A stretch of DNA of 63,704 nt, the filler included, from Octopus bimaculoides (lineage: Eukaryota): the NCBI RefSeq assembly GCF_001194135.2. It is 6 parts of 5 records of this genome, joined end to end, with 100 filler letters (N's around TTAATTAATTAA, not from the genome) between each part and the next. Parts side by side here need not be neighbours in the genome. Positions count along the whole stretch, not along the records: positions 1 to 8,808 come from NC_068985.1; positions 8,909 to 29,783 come from NC_068983.1; 4 more parts are not named here. One strand, 5' to 3'. Positions within the stretch are counted from its first letter, which is position 1; each line of letters opens with the position of its first letter. Under the pieces are notes generated by a model, which made no database searches, was not told the origin of the DNA, and saw only the letters and a list, made by a program, of their open reading frames with translations. Shown here piece by piece: positions 1 to 13,961 of this stretch. Both the position numbers and the translations under genes were made by a program.

Positions 1-13
1 TATATATATATAC

Positions 14-46
<33 letters not shown>

Positions 47-50
<4 letters not shown>

Positions 51-1960
51 AAGGCTACCATTGGTTTCACGTTAAGAAAAGTAGGAAAATGTTCAAGTAT
101 CTTAACAATTTTTTATGTCGATGAGAGGTTTTCACTTCCATTTTTGAAAACAGTCTCGTTTAGTTCGCAGGGGTTTTCGTTAATTCACGAGAATGAAAGA
201 ATGAATCAATGAATCAGGAAATGTTACTTTCGGTCGCATCTTTTTGTTCTCCTTCAGATTTGTATTCTAGAAAAATATTTTGTGGTCAATTTGTTTGCAT
301 TGTTTTGTTTTTGTTTTGGGCATGGTCTTCTTATAAGATAGTTCGTCATTGGGGCATATATTTCTTCTTTTTGTGGAGTTTGTGTGCTATGTGTGTTCAC
401 GCTTAGGAAAGGGGCTATCCTGGTGGGATTACCGTCGCAGATAGGGGATCTTTGAAATATTTTAGTATAAAATATTACTTGTGTATGCAGAGAGAGAAGG
501 TTTCAACCCTAATATTTAGGACGTTATCTGTTGATTGTATAATGTTTAATTTTACAGTAATACAGAGTTCACATTTGGTACCCCGTCCTTTGTATTTTTT
601 GGCTTTAGCAATAACCTTCTATTCTATCTGGGGGTTGCTTATTCCACCTTCTTTCAGTGTCCATATCATATTTGACAGGGATGTTGTGTTTTTTGTTTTT
701 GCCTCTGAATGACGCCAGATGTTGTGTGTATCTTTCCTTGAATGAGTTGCCCGTCATTCCGATATACGTCATTGCTTTTCCGTTGGGGTCCGTGATCTTG
801 GCCTTGTATACAAGTTCTTTCTCGAAACAGCTGTTTAGAGGGCAGCGGTTAGGTGATCTACAGTTGCATTTTCTTTTGAGAGTGTTTCTAGTGTGTTTAT
901 ATTTATTGTGACTTACTATTATTGACCCTATATTGGGGAGGAATCTCTCGCTAACTTTAACAATATTTCTGTTGAAGATCTTGTGGTATTTGTGTGAATG
1001 TGGAATGTGGTTGTCTGTTAGTTTTAAGAATTTCCAAGCTATATCAGTAGCTACATTCATGCTATAAAGTGGGTTGGATGATAAGATTTTGCTCTGCACC
1101 TTCTTGATCTATTCATTTTTGGTTCAATGTAGTATATGCTATTCTTGAAGTTGGACCTTTCTAATGGAGCATGACAATATGGGACGGCTTTTTCAAAAGT
1201 GTCTTTGTCGAATGATAAATTGAAGACGCGCCTGCGAATGTGGTTACCCATTTGTTTAATTACTACTGGAGGGTGGTTGGAACCAATGTCTATGTACGAG
1301 GCTTTCTCGTTTTGTTTGTAGTAGGGTTTAAATTTCCCTGTGTTTAGATTCATGTTAATGTCTAGGAAGTTGTACTTCTTTAAGGTTTGTACTAATTGTG
1401 GTTCTTAGGCTTAATTGGCGAAATATTTTGCATAATTTTTCCTTATTCTATCCGTATCATGTTCGTTTTTATTGTGTACTACTACCAGTCCATCGTCTCT
1501 ATATAAACCTATGTTCTTTTATTTCCTACAAGGTCAGCTTTCTCTGCACGTCTTAGCTCCCCATTGCCACTTCAAATGAAAGAGTAATGACTTCCTTGCG
1601 TTCATAGTTATATCTATATCGGTATTTGTTATAGTGACATATGTTTTACAAAATTCAAGTGCTTTCTGAAGCAGGCTTTTGGAGAACGAGGGGTAGAACT
1701 CTACGATATCGAACTGTACAAATCTGCATTAGGGTTTATCTTCTATTTTCGTAAACCATTCAATAGTTGCACTACTGCGGATCCATTTAATAAAATTTGA
1801 GTGTGCTCTGATATGTCGTATAATATTATCTAATATGGATTTCTTATGGATTTACTAATAATTCCTATTTTGCTTTTTGTGAGAATTGTTAATCTACGGC
1901 TAGGATTTTGCGTGCAGATACCTCGTTGAAAACCAAATTAACTGCAGTACTCGACTCGAG
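47..1960 (-). mobile_element. Penelope-like retroelement, 5'-truncated and decayed (RT followed by C-terminal GIY-YIG)
   Basis: Minus-strand translation across frames gives QFDIVEFYPSFSKSLLQKALEF (~1660-1720), IGLYRDDGL (~1487-1512), SNHPPVVIKQ, then CNCRSPNRCPLNSC..LVYKA..TYIGMTGNSFKERYTQH and CELCIT..CIHK*. Its 3' end abuts (TA)n(TG)n at 1-46. Confidence 0.9.
475..1960 (-). pseudogene. disrupted PLE RT-GIY-YIG polyprotein
   Basis: ORF-track pieces 1057-1353 and 605-1099 plus out-of-frame motifs; stop at 475-477; frameshifts, stops and an internal deletion near 1530. Confidence 0.85.
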
Positions 1961-2438
1961 ATAGCATCTATTATACACATATAGTGTGAAAAAAAACTGA
2001 CATATATGACGAAGCTCGAATAGACATTCAGCAATGCTACTTCTGCTGCTGGAAGATTTTTATCTACTACTTATATATGTCTGCGGAACCAGAGGAAGCC
2101 AGAAAAACAAAACAAAGAGTAAGTAAAGTTAAGAATAATTTTGTAGATGTAGCCAAGCTATTGGTTGTGAACTATAATAAAAACTGGGAACGAAAATCAT
2201 TGCAGAATGTTTGACATTACGGTAAATTATATTTTAAACACAGCAGAGAAACTACAGCTATATAAGTTCTATAATTTCTCCGAAAGATTAATGCTAAACG
2301 CCCAAGAGAAAAATAACGTTTCCAGAAAATCTTGTTATCGCATTAATGTTACGATATAATTTCAGCTGTGTGGCTGTGTTTGTGTGTGTCTGTCTATGAA
2401 TGTATGAATCTTTTGATGATTGTATGTGCATATATACG

Positions 2439-2472
<34 letters not shown>

Positions 2473-2814
2473 NNNNNNNNNNNNNNNNNNNNNNNNNNNN
2501 NNNNNNNNNNNNNNNNNNNNNNNNNNNNNNNNNNNNNNNNNNNNNNNNNNNNNNNNNNNNNNNNNNNNNNNNNNNNNNNNNNNNNNNNNNNNNNNNNNNN
2601 NNNNNNNNNNNNNNNNNNNNNNNNNNNNNNNNNNNNNNNNNNNNNNNNNNNNNNNNNNNNNNNNNNNNNNNNNNNNNNNNNNNNNNNNNNNNNNNNNNNN
2701 NNNNNNNNNNNNNNNNNNNNNNNNNNNNNNNNNNNNNNNNNNNTATATATATATATATATATATATATAGATAGATAGATAGATATGCATGCATGTGCGT
2801 CTGTGCGCGTGTAC

Positions 2815-2862
<48 letters not shown>

Positions 2863-3329
2863 TGTGTGTGTACGTACGTATGTAAGGATATAAATATAGA
2901 TGCACCAGCGTGGTTGATTCGTCCATTTCGTTTTTCGAAAATCACATCAAATCTATTTCGTATCTGTTTAGCAAGAATAATAAACAATATCAAAATGTCT
3001 CCATTGAATCACTTTGCGACAAGCAGTAGAAAAAAATCTCGCTTAAATGTCATGGAGACCAAAGATGTTGAGTACCCTCTCTACTGTGTATCTCATAGAC
3101 GTGTGGTAAGACAAGCAAGTTTCCATAGATTATGTAGTATATTCACACAAACAATAGTTTTGGCAGGAAACAGCAGGAAACTACAAGCAATTATTAAACG
3201 TTAGACATGGACACTATCGTTTGATTACGAAGTATGCTTCAAATGCTCACAAAAACTTTTTCAAAAATCAATTTCGATTTGGAGGCCGTTTGGAATATCT
3301 GTATCTTTTATGTTGAACTTGTTTGAGTG

Positions 3330-3505
3330 AATAGACTGCGTCCATTTTGGGGTACTGCATTGTAGGATTGTTGTCGAGGAATCGACCCCTGTACCTATTT
3401 TGTTTGAGCTAGGTACTTATTCTATTGTTCCTTTTTCCCAGCTGCTAAGTTACGGAGAAGTAAACACACTAACCCTGGTTGTGAAGCAGTAGTAGGGGAC
3501 AAACA
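3330..3505 (-). mobile_element. SINE family A, 3' half (diverged)
   Basis: Matches the GCTAAGTTACGGGGACGTAAACACACC / GTACTTATTCTAT block seen in the fuller copies at 44905-45310 and 46540-46918. Confidence 0.65.
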
Positions 3506-3542
3506 AATGCACTAAAACACACACACAAACACATACATACAT

Positions 3543-3592
<50 letters not shown>

Positions 3593-3595
<3 letters not shown>

Positions 3596-4048
3596 AGAAT
3601 TCACGAAAAAACAACAGACGAAGACAGGTGGTGTAAACAACAAATGGATGCATTAGTATAACGCTCGGGAATAGAGAAAGTCTTTAACGTTTCGAGCCTA
3701 CGCACTTCAACAGAAAGGAATACAGAAAAAATAAGAGAAACAAGGAGAGATAAAAAATATGTGTAGTGGTCAGCGATCCATCATGGCGAATGCCGGACAG
3801 AAGGATCACACAGGAGAGTTAAGAAGAAGGGGAGATAACAGTATTAGTGATCCCAAAACGAAGGTGCGTGTGTGTGAGAGAGTGTTGGTGATCTTAACGT
3901 ATGCATGTGTGTATGTAGGTGTGAAGGTGTGAAAAAGTGGGGAAGGGAGTTGGTCAGTGCTGGTGTGTGCGTGGTGGTGTGTTGTGTGATATGGTGTAGC
4001 GTGGTGTGATGTGATGGTGTTGGGGGGTGTGGGCGAGAGTATGGAAAG
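3593..4048 (-). mobile_element. PLE pseudo-LTR/3' end (family P2)
   Basis: Homologous to 44046-44430 and to the reverse complement of 26505-26675; ends on (TA)n; runs into an N gap. Confidence 0.75.
3682..3717 (-). ncRNA. minimal type I hammerhead-like motif, A6U variant
   Basis: Minus strand CUUU-CUGUUGA-A-GUGC-GUAG-GCUC-GAAAC-GUU-AAAG; stem I CUUU/AAAG, stem II has one mismatch. Manual fold only. Confidence 0.55.
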
Positions 4049-4639
4049 NNNNNNNNNNNNNNNNNNNNNNNNNNNNNNNNNNNNNNNNNNNNNNNNNNNN
4101 NNNNNNNNNNNNNNNNNNNNNNNNNNNNNNNNNNNNNNNNNNNNNNNNNNNNNNNNNNNNNNNNNNNNNNNNNNNNNNNNNNNNNNNNNNNNNNNNNNNN
4201 NNNNNNNNNNNNNNNNNNNNNNNNNNNNNNNNNNNNNNNNNNNNNNNNNNNNNNNNNNNNNNNNNNNNNNNNNNNNNNNNNNNNNNNNNNNNNNNNNNNN
4301 NNNNNNNNNNNNNNNNNNNNNNNNNNNNNNNNNNNNNNNNNNNNNNNNNNNNNNNNNNNNNNNNNNNNNNNNNNNNNNNNNNNNNNNNNNNNNNNNNNNN
4401 NNNNNNNNNNNNNNNNNNNNNNNNNNNNNNNNNNNNNNNNNNNNNNNNNNNNNNNNNNNNNNNNNNNNNNNNNNNNNNNNNNNNNNNNNNNNNNNNNNNN
4501 NNNNNNNNNNNNNNNNNNNNNNNNNNNNNNNNNNNNNNNNNNNNNNNNNNNNNNNNNNNNNNNNNNNNNNNNNNNNNNNNNNNNNNNNNNNNNNNNNNNN
4601 NNNNNNNNNNNNNNNNNNNNNNNNNNNNNNNNNNNNNNN

Positions 4640-4671
<32 letters not shown>

Positions 4672-6666
4672 TGTGTGTGCGCGCGTGTATGCGTGTGTAA
4701 TGTATGTATGTTCTCTTTCTCTTTTTAATTTAATGTAAAATTTGACCGGCCACCTGCTTGGCAGCAAGGTGGGGAGGGAAGATATCTTGCTTTGTCCGTC
4801 ATCCTTTAAATCATAAGAAGGTCTTAGAGATTTTATAATTCCGGATATAGAGAAAGCAGTATATGTTTAAGCGAACAAGATTGATAATAATGACGTCATA
4901 CACAACCAAACATCTGCGTTAAACTCTAAAGGTTCGCTATACTTATTCAGTGAGAGTTAAATATATTGATTCTAAAATTGATACAGTAAAAGCGATGGGA
5001 TTCGATGTGGTAGTGTGCCTTTGCATAAAGAAACTGGACACGACGTTGGTAGTTCGACAGCTTATCCACTTTGATATATCAGCTTCTTTCAATCTGTTTT
5101 ATTTTCTTTTTATTTTATTTTCCTTTGGAGTTCAACCATTTGATTGCAACCATTGTTTTAAAAGAATCATATCGAGCCCTGGTACTTAGGTGAACATGTA
5201 ATTTATCGATCGTATGCACCCTGGCATACACAAACACAGACACACACACATATATATCTATACATATACACATACGTAGGTAAAAACATAAATTCACAAA
5301 CACATACTGATTTCAAGACCTACACATGTATGTGTATGCGTGTGTATTACACACACACGCATGCACACACGCATGCACACACGCACACACACACACATAC
5401 ATCCCCACCACACACACAAACAATATGTGTTTGCATAAGACAAAATTTCGGTACAGTTTACGTCCATCAAATTTCTCTTGTATGGTTTTGATCAGCCTAA
5501 GGTTACAATGTACAAAATTTTTAACCGATTATTACATGAATTATATATAATATTTTCGCTTTTTTTTATGGACTGATATTCGAGATAAACTCTAAAGTGT
5601 CGTATCGGTAGCAGAACAGGAAATCATCTCCGAAATTAATGAAATATAGAAAAACGCAGATAAATGTTATAATACTAATAATTGTCCAGTATACGCATCA
5701 AACCCCAACGTTTTACGTAAATATTACCCTAGAGCTCGGATCTGTCATCAATTCAAAATAACTGTGTTTGCTGTATCCATCATATTTGATTAATTATCCT
5801 CGTTGAAGGTACTTTAATTACAGTATCGTAAGGCACGGAAACATAAAGTAGGAAGATAATATGGCTTTGAATTACATTTACATGGTAACATCTTAAAGAC
5901 CTGAAACAAAATCCTCAAAATTCTGCAAACATCTTCAAAACTGAAGAAACTGTCATAAACCACAGTATGAATGATATCAACACACGGAACTATTTCATAT
6001 TTGCTTAACTCCTCCTCCTCCTCCTCCTCCTCCTCCTTATCATCACCATCGTTACAGCCGCTGCCGCTGTTCCGCCGCTGCCTCCATTACCTTCGCTTAT
6101 ATCGGACGATCGAATCTCTTCTGCCTTTATCAGACGATCGAATCTCTTGACTTCTGTCATCCACAGTTTAAAATTCCCAACTTCATTTATTCATTATCTG
6201 AAACTGACTTATCCAATCAAACCTTATATTTGCATATATACGACTATTTCTTTAAGAAGTTTCTCCTTTGGTCTAGTTTTTTTTCCTCCCACCCATTTTT
6301 AAAACAACTGCGAGATTTTATTTTGCACGATCAGAAATTTTTAAAAAATGACTAATGTAAATCCGCTTTTCTCATATCCAGTAGTTTTCACCAGCACTGC
6401 TGTCTCTCCTATTTGATTCAGAGTTCATTTCTCTGGCATGTCCAGATTAAGATATATTAACTCCATACTTCCAGCATGGCTTTCCTTCTACAACTTTCTG
6501 ATTTCCAGTTGATGAAGCGCTAATACCTAATCAAAATCAGCAAGTCGTTTTTGTGCAATCGTTCTCTGCTAAATCATAACGTCTCATAAATCCTGAACGT
6601 TATACAACACTTGCTTTAAACATTAAAATTCCAACCTTTGTCTGATTACTTTTGTGTGGCTCTGTA

Positions 6667-6810
6667 GGCACAGGCATGGCTGTGTGGCAAGAAGCTTGCT
6701 TCTCAACCACATGGTTCCGGGTTCAGTCCCACTCCGTTGTCCTTTTGGGCTGACCAAATCCTTGAGAGTGGATTTGGTAGATGGTAATTGACAGAAGCCC
6801 GTCGTATATA
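6667..6810 (+). mobile_element. SINE family A, tRNA-derived head
   Basis: A-box-like TGGCTGTGTGG and B-box-like GGGTTCAGTCCC, then GACCAAA..TTGAGAGTGGATTTGGTAGA; more than 10 homologues in the window. Confidence 0.8.
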
Positions 6811-7610
6811 TATGTGTGTGTGTGTGTTTGTGTGTAGTGTGTCTTTGTGTCGCAGCGACTCCATCTAAGAATATCTGAAGAAGGAATTGTATTCCGAAAT
6901 ATCATCGGACTATAGATAACTAAATCACAACAGGTGTATAGTCCATTTTTTGTATTATAGTACATTGTTGTACCATTCAACCTTTTTATTCTTTAATAAA
7001 TAATAATTCTAATTTTGACACNNNNNNNNNNNNNNNNNNNNNNNNNNNNNNNNNNNNNNNNNNNNNNNNNNNNNNNNNNNNNNNNNNNNNNNNNNNNNNN
7101 NNNNNNNNNNNNNNNNNNNNNNNNNNNNNNNNNNNNNNNNNNNNNNNNNNNNNNNNNNNNNNNNNNNNNNNNNNNNNNNNNNNNNNNNNNNNNNNNNNNN
7201 NNNNNNNNNNNNNNNNNNNNNNNNNNNNNNNNNNNNNNNNNNNNNNNNNNNNNNNNNNNNNNNNNNNNNNNNNNNNNNNNNNNNNNNNNNNNNNNNNNNN
7301 NNNNNNNNNNNNNNNNNNNNNNNNNNNNNNNNNNNNNNNNNNNNNNNNNNNNNNNNNNNNNNNNNNNNNNNNNNNNNNNNNNNNNNNNNNNNNNNNNNNN
7401 NNNNNNNNNNNNNNNNNNNNNNNNNNNNNNNNNNNNNNNNNNNNNNNNNNNNNNNNNNNNNNNNNNNNNNNNNNNNNNNNNNNNNNNNNNNNNNNNNNNN
7501 NNNNNNNNNNNNNNNNNNNNNNNNNNNNNNNNNNNNNNNNNNNNNNNNNNNNNNNNNNNNNNNNNNNNNNNNNNNNNNNNNNNNNNNNNNNNNNNNNNNN
7601 NNNNNNNNNT

Positions 7611-8160
7611 CAAACTGACAGAAAGATAGACGCAAATAGGCCAGACATCATACTGAAAGACTTCAGACAAAAACCATGCCTCCTCATTGATATGACTGTC
7701 CCAATCGATATAAACGTATCTGTCAAGACCTACCAAAAACTGAGCAAATAATTAAGATCTTGAAATAGAAATTAGCAAAATGTGGAATCTGAAAACGAAA
7801 ACAATACCTATTGTCATAGGTGCCCTGGGAATGACAGCGAAACGGGCTGATTACTACCTAGCTCAGATACCAGGAAACCCCAAAATGGCTGATTTTCAAA
7901 AGATAGTGCTCATGGGAACTGCCCATATCCTATGTAAAATACTGTCTATGTGATCTCAAATTTTAAAACAAACACATAATTTTCTTATGGTTTCTTAAAC
8001 ATCCTCTAGAATAACACTGTACAAATTCAAATATATGGTACCCTAGACATAACACCTACATGAACTTCTAACTTGTTGTCTCTTGAGGTCTCTGGGTGAA
8101 ACTTGGATCCAACTTGTACAAATGCAAAACAAAAGTCAAACATAAAATAATAATAATAAT
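7611..8160 (+). mobile_element. R4/Dong-like non-LTR retrotransposon 3' end (restriction-like endonuclease, 3' UTR, (TAA)n tail)
   Basis: DRKIDANRPDIILKDFRQKPCLLIDMTVP..[frameshift]..DLEIEISKMWNLKTKTIPIVIGALG..QKIVLMGTAHILCKILSM* (stop 7951-7953); terminates in TAA repeats. Confidence 0.85.
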
Positions 8161-8235
8161 GCAGTTCTATATTTAAGAGCCCACGGGCATATGGGCTACT
8201 AACCCCAAGATTCCGAGCTCGATTCCAGGCAGTGA

Positions 8236-8240
<5 letters not shown>
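8161..8240 (+). mobile_element. short SINE-like fragment between (TAA)n tracts
   Basis: GGGCTACTAACCCCAAGATTCCGAGCTCGATTCC resembles a tRNA anticodon/T-arm segment; ends GTGACCTG-(AAT)n. Confidence 0.35.

Positions 8241-8319
<79 letters not shown>
8241..8319. repeat. (TAA)n microsatellite
   Basis: Near-perfect TAA array; further arrays at 8468-8545, 30027-30168 and 40546-40631. Confidence 0.97.
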
Positions 8320-8323
<4 letters not shown>

Positions 8324-8470
8324 CATCGAAAAATACCTTAGGAATGAGAACCCAGGTTCGACATTTCCCCAAAACACCTGATGAAGGCTGGAAAGTATAT
8401 CAGCCGAAACGTTGTGTTAACAATAAACAAGATGAAGACAAATATCTGTCAATTGTAAATAATGTAAATA
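8320..8470 (+). mobile_element. ~150-bp hammerhead-bearing repeat (probable PLE pseudo-LTR remnant, family P1)
   Basis: Complex sequence embedded between two (TAA)n arrays and containing a full minimal hammerhead motif. PLE origin is inferred from the motif type only. Confidence 0.55.
8373..8418 (+). ncRNA. minimal type I hammerhead ribozyme motif
   Basis: AACAC-CUGAUGA-A-GGCUG-gaaaguauau-CAGCC-GAAAC-GUU-GUGUU: perfect 5-bp stem I and 5-bp stem II, intact core, palindromic AACGUU replacing stem III; predicted cleavage after 8413. Confidence 0.75.
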
Positions 8471-8497
8471 ATAATAATAATAATAATGATAATAATA

Positions 8498-8545
<48 letters not shown>

Positions 8546-8546
<1 letters not shown>

Positions 8547-8808
8547 GAGGAAAATTAGTTAAAAGGAGCAATATAACACTAGATAAAGCCAATGAAATAA
8601 GAGAACTAGACGAAAGCCAACCATACAAGTATTTAGGAGTCAATGAACTAGATAGGATACAACATACACAAATGAAAGAGAAAATAAAGAAAGAATACTA
8701 TAGACGAGTTAGATCAATACTAAAAACAGAGCTCAATGCTAAAAACAAGATAATGGGTATCAACGCTTTAGCTGTCCCAGTTATAACCTACAGCTACAAC
8801 ATCCTTAA
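8546..8808 (+). mobile_element. R4/Dong-like RT C-terminal fragment
   Basis: IRELDESQPYKYLGVNELDRIQHTQMKEKIKKEYYRRVRSILKTELNAKNKIMGINALAVPVITYSY (YKYLG motif); begins directly at (TAA)n and is cut by a gap. Confidence 0.85.
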
Positions 8809-8852
8809 NNNNNNNNNNNNNNNNNNNNNNNNNNNNNNNNNNNNNNNNNNNN

Positions 8853-8864
8853 TTAATTAATTAA
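8853..8864. other. artificial contig linker TTAATTAATTAA
   Basis: Palindromic six-frame-stop 12-mer flanked by 44 N on each side (100 bp total). Confidence 0.9.
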
Positions 8865-8908
8865 NNNNNNNNNNNNNNNNNNNNNNNNNNNNNNNNNNNN
8901 NNNNNNNN

Positions 8909-8965
<57 letters not shown>

Positions 8966-9229
8966 GTGATCGCATATATACGAAAAGAGAGTTTGTCCTT
9001 TTAACGTATTCTAACTTTTGTCGAAACTTCTGCTTAACAATGATTTGTAAAATACGCATTCTTTATGTGAATCTACAGTTTTTATTTTTAACTGTACATT
9101 TCAGAAAGAATGGAAGTATACATTTTCTATGAGGCAAATTCCTAAATTTGAAGCCATTTTGGTAAGAGCCGTCATGAAACTATGTGCTCTTCAGTAAATT
9201 TTGTAAGATTTCGTAGAGCAAAAATGATA

Positions 9230-11600
<2,371 letters not shown>

Positions 11601-13150
11601 TATTAGTGTTTGTGTCTCTGGTTTACGTGTGTATACAAACATTGAGAAACATCCTCACTCAAGTGTTTATAGGCCTCCTTTTAGTGCAATAAGATACCGG
11701 GAAAGTATTATTCATAGTTATGTTTAGAAAAATAAGTCTTTAGAACATAAGATACGGTTTAAGTTCGGCAGTTCAGAGACTAAGACAACGATGGGAGAAT
11801 TGACACAAGAATGATATTACAGAATGTGATATCGTTACAGTTATACCACGTGGAAGTATGTAATTATATACAATAGTAATCTGCTGATTAATAGAAAAGT
11901 CTCGTCTTGAGTACAATGATAAATTGCATGTATGTACCATTCCAAGAAAATAATATTCCGCAGAAAATTTTACCATGGATGGAGGAATTTCTTTTTTTTT
12001 TTTTTTTGTATTCTTAAGATCTAGATTGATTTTGAAATATTAGCACTGAATGCAGTAATTCTTGTTATATTTCTCTGCTCAGTACTGTGAAGAACATATC
12101 TAGTAGAATTATTCTCAATAGGCTCATTCATGTCTTTGAAATATATCCTTTGTTTCTGAGTTTCAGTCAGGTTTTTGCACTAGACGTGGGACTATTACAA
12201 GAATAATGCATTTAATCAGAGACTAGACCTTAGTTAATTAATCGTGATGCCTACACAGCATTCTTAAGAGAAGCTGGTTGTTCTGATATATATTTGATAT
12301 ATTAAAATTTAAATATGTATTTTATGTTTTCACTGTTCCGCTTATAAGCTGAATACATGCTAGAATTTTTTTTTATCTAAATATTACATTATATAGTAGC
12401 GTGCCAATCATAATGGGTACAAATAGATATCTATAATGCAACCAGATAAGTCTGACGTTTCGAAACAGTTGTCCCTAAACGTTATGTGCCTAAATTTTGA
12501 AATTTTAAATGAAATGTCAGCCACCGAACAGTTAATCTTCACCACAACACACACACACACACTCTCGCGCTCTCCCCTTCCCCTCTCTCTCTCTATATAT
12601 GTGCGTATACACATACATGTATACATGTCTGTATGTGTGTATGTATATCCAGTGAAGAAGCGTGGCTTATTGGTTAGACTTTCAGCTAAGGTTATGAGTT
12701 CAAATTTCTGGAATGACAGTGTGTTGTATCCTTAACCCATTACCTACTAGTGATCTCATATGAGATCACTTAAAAATTACAAATTTCGTAATTATCTGTC
12801 AATATTTACACATATCTAACCTTTTTGCTATATCTACTAGGTATATTTCTCTGATATTCAAATGAGGTTTGCTAATTTTTCACCCAATATCTCGCTTATT
12901 TCTATTTAAAATGTTATTTTGAAATGTTATTTTGATCAATTCCAGCGTGTTTCTAAGGCTGTTTTATGCTAGAAATCAAAGTTTCATAAACAAATTCCAG
13001 TTAATAGAATTATGGGAGGTAATGGGTTTAAGTAAGGCACCTCATTTCATGTTACTCCTGTCTAGTCAGTTGTAATGTGTACAGACCACGTGATGATGCA
13101 ACGCACCTCTCTCTTCTCAAATGCCACATTCTGGATATCTGCCGAGAGGG

Positions 13151-13192
<42 letters not shown>

Positions 13193-13224
13193 TCCCCCCT
13201 CCCCCTCTCTCTCCNNNNNNNNNN

Positions 13225-13266
<42 letters not shown>

Positions 13267-13910
13267 CGGGACTGCATACTTACCTAAAGCAATAAGCGAA
13301 AGCATGGTTCGTTACTAAATTAAATTTACCTGAATTATAAAACAAATATTTTTTGTCACTTTTTATTCATCCATGTACCTCTTAAGGTTCAAGAGAGCCT
13401 TGAAGATTTTTATTAACCTCGCTACAGGAATGTTAGTTCCTAATGCTCCAATAAAAATGGATATAAACCTGGAAATACACTCGTCTTTCTGGAGGTGCAG
13501 ATTCTTCCTCAATGCTTATTTTCTTTCTCTTCTATGTTATTCATCATACTGATGCGGCGAAGATAGCTGACTTTCACAACGGTGTTTGCTTATTTTGCAG
13601 TTCAAAAACAGCAATATTAGATCGATTATGAGTTAATTGGTTATTACTTGAAATATTATGGCCACCAAATTCTTTTGATCAATCAGTGTTAATGTGTTCA
13701 TTTTTATTGGATTTTTTTCCACGCTCTTTTAGATTATTCCATGTATGTACTTGTATATTTCTGTACGCATTATGCAAGCATGTCTACATATTGTATGATC
13801 CTATTCATACATACATACATACATACATACATACATACATACATACATACATACATCCATACATACATACATATATACATACATACATACATACATACAT
13901 TCATACATAT

Positions 13911-13961
<51 letters not shown>

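Noticed and set aside
58-115. Minus-strand GAAAC-CAAUG-GUA with a possible ACAUU/AACGU stem in the 3' region of the first PLE
   Set aside because: The CUGANGA half of the hammerhead core is absent (reads UACUUGA) and no stem I forms.
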